This document shows, piece after piece, positions 62,287-64,000 of a stretch of 64,000 nucleotides of DNA. The notes below the pieces were generated by a model, which was not told the origin of the DNA, did no database searches, and saw only the letters and a list, made by a program, of their open reading frames with translations. Numbering within the stretch: position 1 is the stretch's first letter; each line of letters opens with the position of its first letter. Both the position numbers and the translations under genes were made by a program. The stretch is from Mobula hypostoma (Eukaryota): NCBI RefSeq assembly GCF_963921235.1, contig NC_086109.1:30506001-30570000 (forward strand), read 5' to 3'.

Positions 62287-62414
62287 TAAATCTATAATTT
62301 TATGTACAATCTGTACAAAATGTTGATGTATTTGAACACCCGGTACACGTACACACACCAAATAACTGAAGTGGGAATATTCTCTAATGATTGTACATTT
62401 TTCAATTCCATTTG

Positions 62415-63190
62415 CAGATATCCAGCAAATGAACTAGTCCATAACCGCATGCAGCAAGATTTAGAGAATATTTAGGCATAGACTAACAAATGGCAAACAA
62501 TATTTGTGCCTCATGAGTACCACGTAACAGCTATTTCCATGAAGAGAAGATCTAGTCACCTATACTTGACAACTGCATTACCACCACCATCAATATGGTT
62601 AGGGTCAACATTAACTAGACATTCAACTGAACCAGCTACATAGATAACTGTGATTTCAAGAACAGCTCAAAGTCTGCAGCTTTTGCTATGAGTTACTTTT
62701 CTCTCAGTCCCAAAGCATTTCCGGCATCCAGATGGTACAAATAAGAAACATAATGGAATACTCCACACTTACCTGAATATATTTGTCATCAACAATTCTG
62801 AAGAAACTTGACACCATTTAGTAGAAAATGGCCCACCATTAGCCTGTTATTGCACTCATCTTTAATATTTGCACCTTGACAATACATCTATAAAAGCCAC
62901 TATGGTGACTGACTTTTGCTGCTGTTACAATTTCACAAGCAGGTAATGGCTTCTCCCCAAGCTATATGGGAACACTACTACGTGCTTGTTACCATCCAGT
63001 TTGCATGCTGTCCTCAAATGGAAATTTAGTGTTCATTTATGCTGAGTGTAAGTTCTTGAACTTCTTCCTTACGAACATTATGGAAGCATCTTTACTAGAA
63101 AGCCTGCAGTTAGTCAAGAAGACAGCACTTACTCTGGGAAATTTTGGTAATTGTCTTCAAAAATCCTGGTTTGCCAATAATGCACAGCTC
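62415..63190 (+). mobile_element. Very old CR1/L2-group LINE 3' remnant
   Basis: MQQDLENI*A*TNKWQTIFVPHE, LGSTL, and QIRNIMEYS motifs. Confidence 0.55.
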
Positions 63191-63284
63191 TTTGACTTCC
63201 TCGAACTAAACTAAAGAACGTTTGTTAATGTGACTGATAATTCTGATGTACCCATTCTACCTAGTGTGCCTTTATTTTATTAGA

Positions 63285-63530
63285 TGTTTAAAGGTGAGGT
63301 CATACTGGATTTAGTACTAGACAATGAACTTGGTCAGGTGGCAGATCTTTCAGTTGGTGAGTATTTTGGAATTAGTGACCACAATTCCCTGACTTTTGCA
63401 CAGCCTTGCACAGGGATAGGACCGGATGCTATGAGAATGTATTTAATTAGGGGAGGGTTAATTTTGATGCTATTAGGCAGGAAATTTGGAGCATAAATTG
63501 TGTACAGATGCTCTCAGAGGATGTGTTGGA
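63285..63530 (+). mobile_element. CR1 endonuclease fragment
   Basis: ILDLVLDNELGQVADLSVGEYFGISDHNSL. Confidence 0.75.
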
Positions 63531-63560
63531 AACTTTGAAAATCATCAATAAATACATCCC

Positions 63561-63690
63561 TGGATGTCCAGTCCCTATATACTTCCATCCCCCATCAGGA
63601 AGGTGGATGTCTAGTCCCTATATACTTCTATCCCCCATCAGGAAGGTTGGATGTCCAGTCCCTATATACTTCCATCCCCCATCAGGAAGG
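63561..63690 (+). repeat. Three tandem copies of a 43-bp unit at the 5' end of a PLE
   Basis: TGGATGTCCAGTCCCTATATACTTCCATCCCCCATCAGGAAGG at 63561, 63604 (2 mismatches) and 63648. Confidence 0.95.
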
Positions 63691-64000
63691 TCTCAAAGCT
63701 CTACGCTTCTTTTTGGATTCCAGACCTAATCAGTTCCCCTCTACCACCACTCTGCTCCGTCTAGCGGAATTAGTCCTTACTCTTAATAATTTCTCCTTTA
63801 GCTCCTCCCACTTCCTCCAAACTAAAGGTGTAGCTATGGGCACCCGTATGGGTCCTAGCTATGCCTGCCTTTTTGTTGGCTTTGTGGAACAATCTATGTT
63901 CCGTGCCTATTCTGGTATCTGCCCCCCACTTTTCCTTCGCTACATCGACGACTGCATTGGCGCTGCTTCCTGCACGCATGCAGAGCTCGTTGACTTTATT
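63647..64000 (+). mobile_element. Young Penelope-like RT, frame open to the window end
   Basis: DVQSLYTSIPHQEG..LVLTLNNFSF..QTKGVAMGTRMGPSYA..FLRYIDDC; no stops in 118 codons. Confidence 0.92.

Noticed and set aside
63561..63690. CRISPR-like array
   Set aside because: Repeats are contiguous with no spacers, encode a PLE RT motif, and the DNA is eukaryotic with no cas genes.

Overview
AT-rich, repeat-dense vertebrate genomic DNA. The repeat content (CR1, Rex1/Babar, Penelope-like, Gypsy, HERO, V-SINE, Tc1/mariner) points to a cartilaginous fish, probably a ray; this is inferred from repeat types alone. I found no confident host protein-coding exon, rRNA, true tRNA gene or CRISPR array, and most track ORFs are transposon fragments or their antisense shadows. 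The standout is an intronless internal fragment of RBM25 mRNA (proline-rich N-terminus, the whole RRM and the downstream region, 40789-43172). It sits between the two LTRs of a Gypsy element, replacing RT/RNaseH/integrase, which suggests LTR-mediated capture of a host transcript; two younger insertions later split it. Other notable structures: a twin-priming-like 5' inversion of a Rex1/Babar LINE, a Gypsy with an in-frame protease-integrase deletion fusion, a composite Tc1 MITE carrying passenger DNA, Penelope pLTR fragments with decayed hammerhead cores, a recurrent ~650-bp non-autonomous retroelement, and a HERO-clade LINE. Coordinates were read by eye, and family names come from motif recognition, not database searches.
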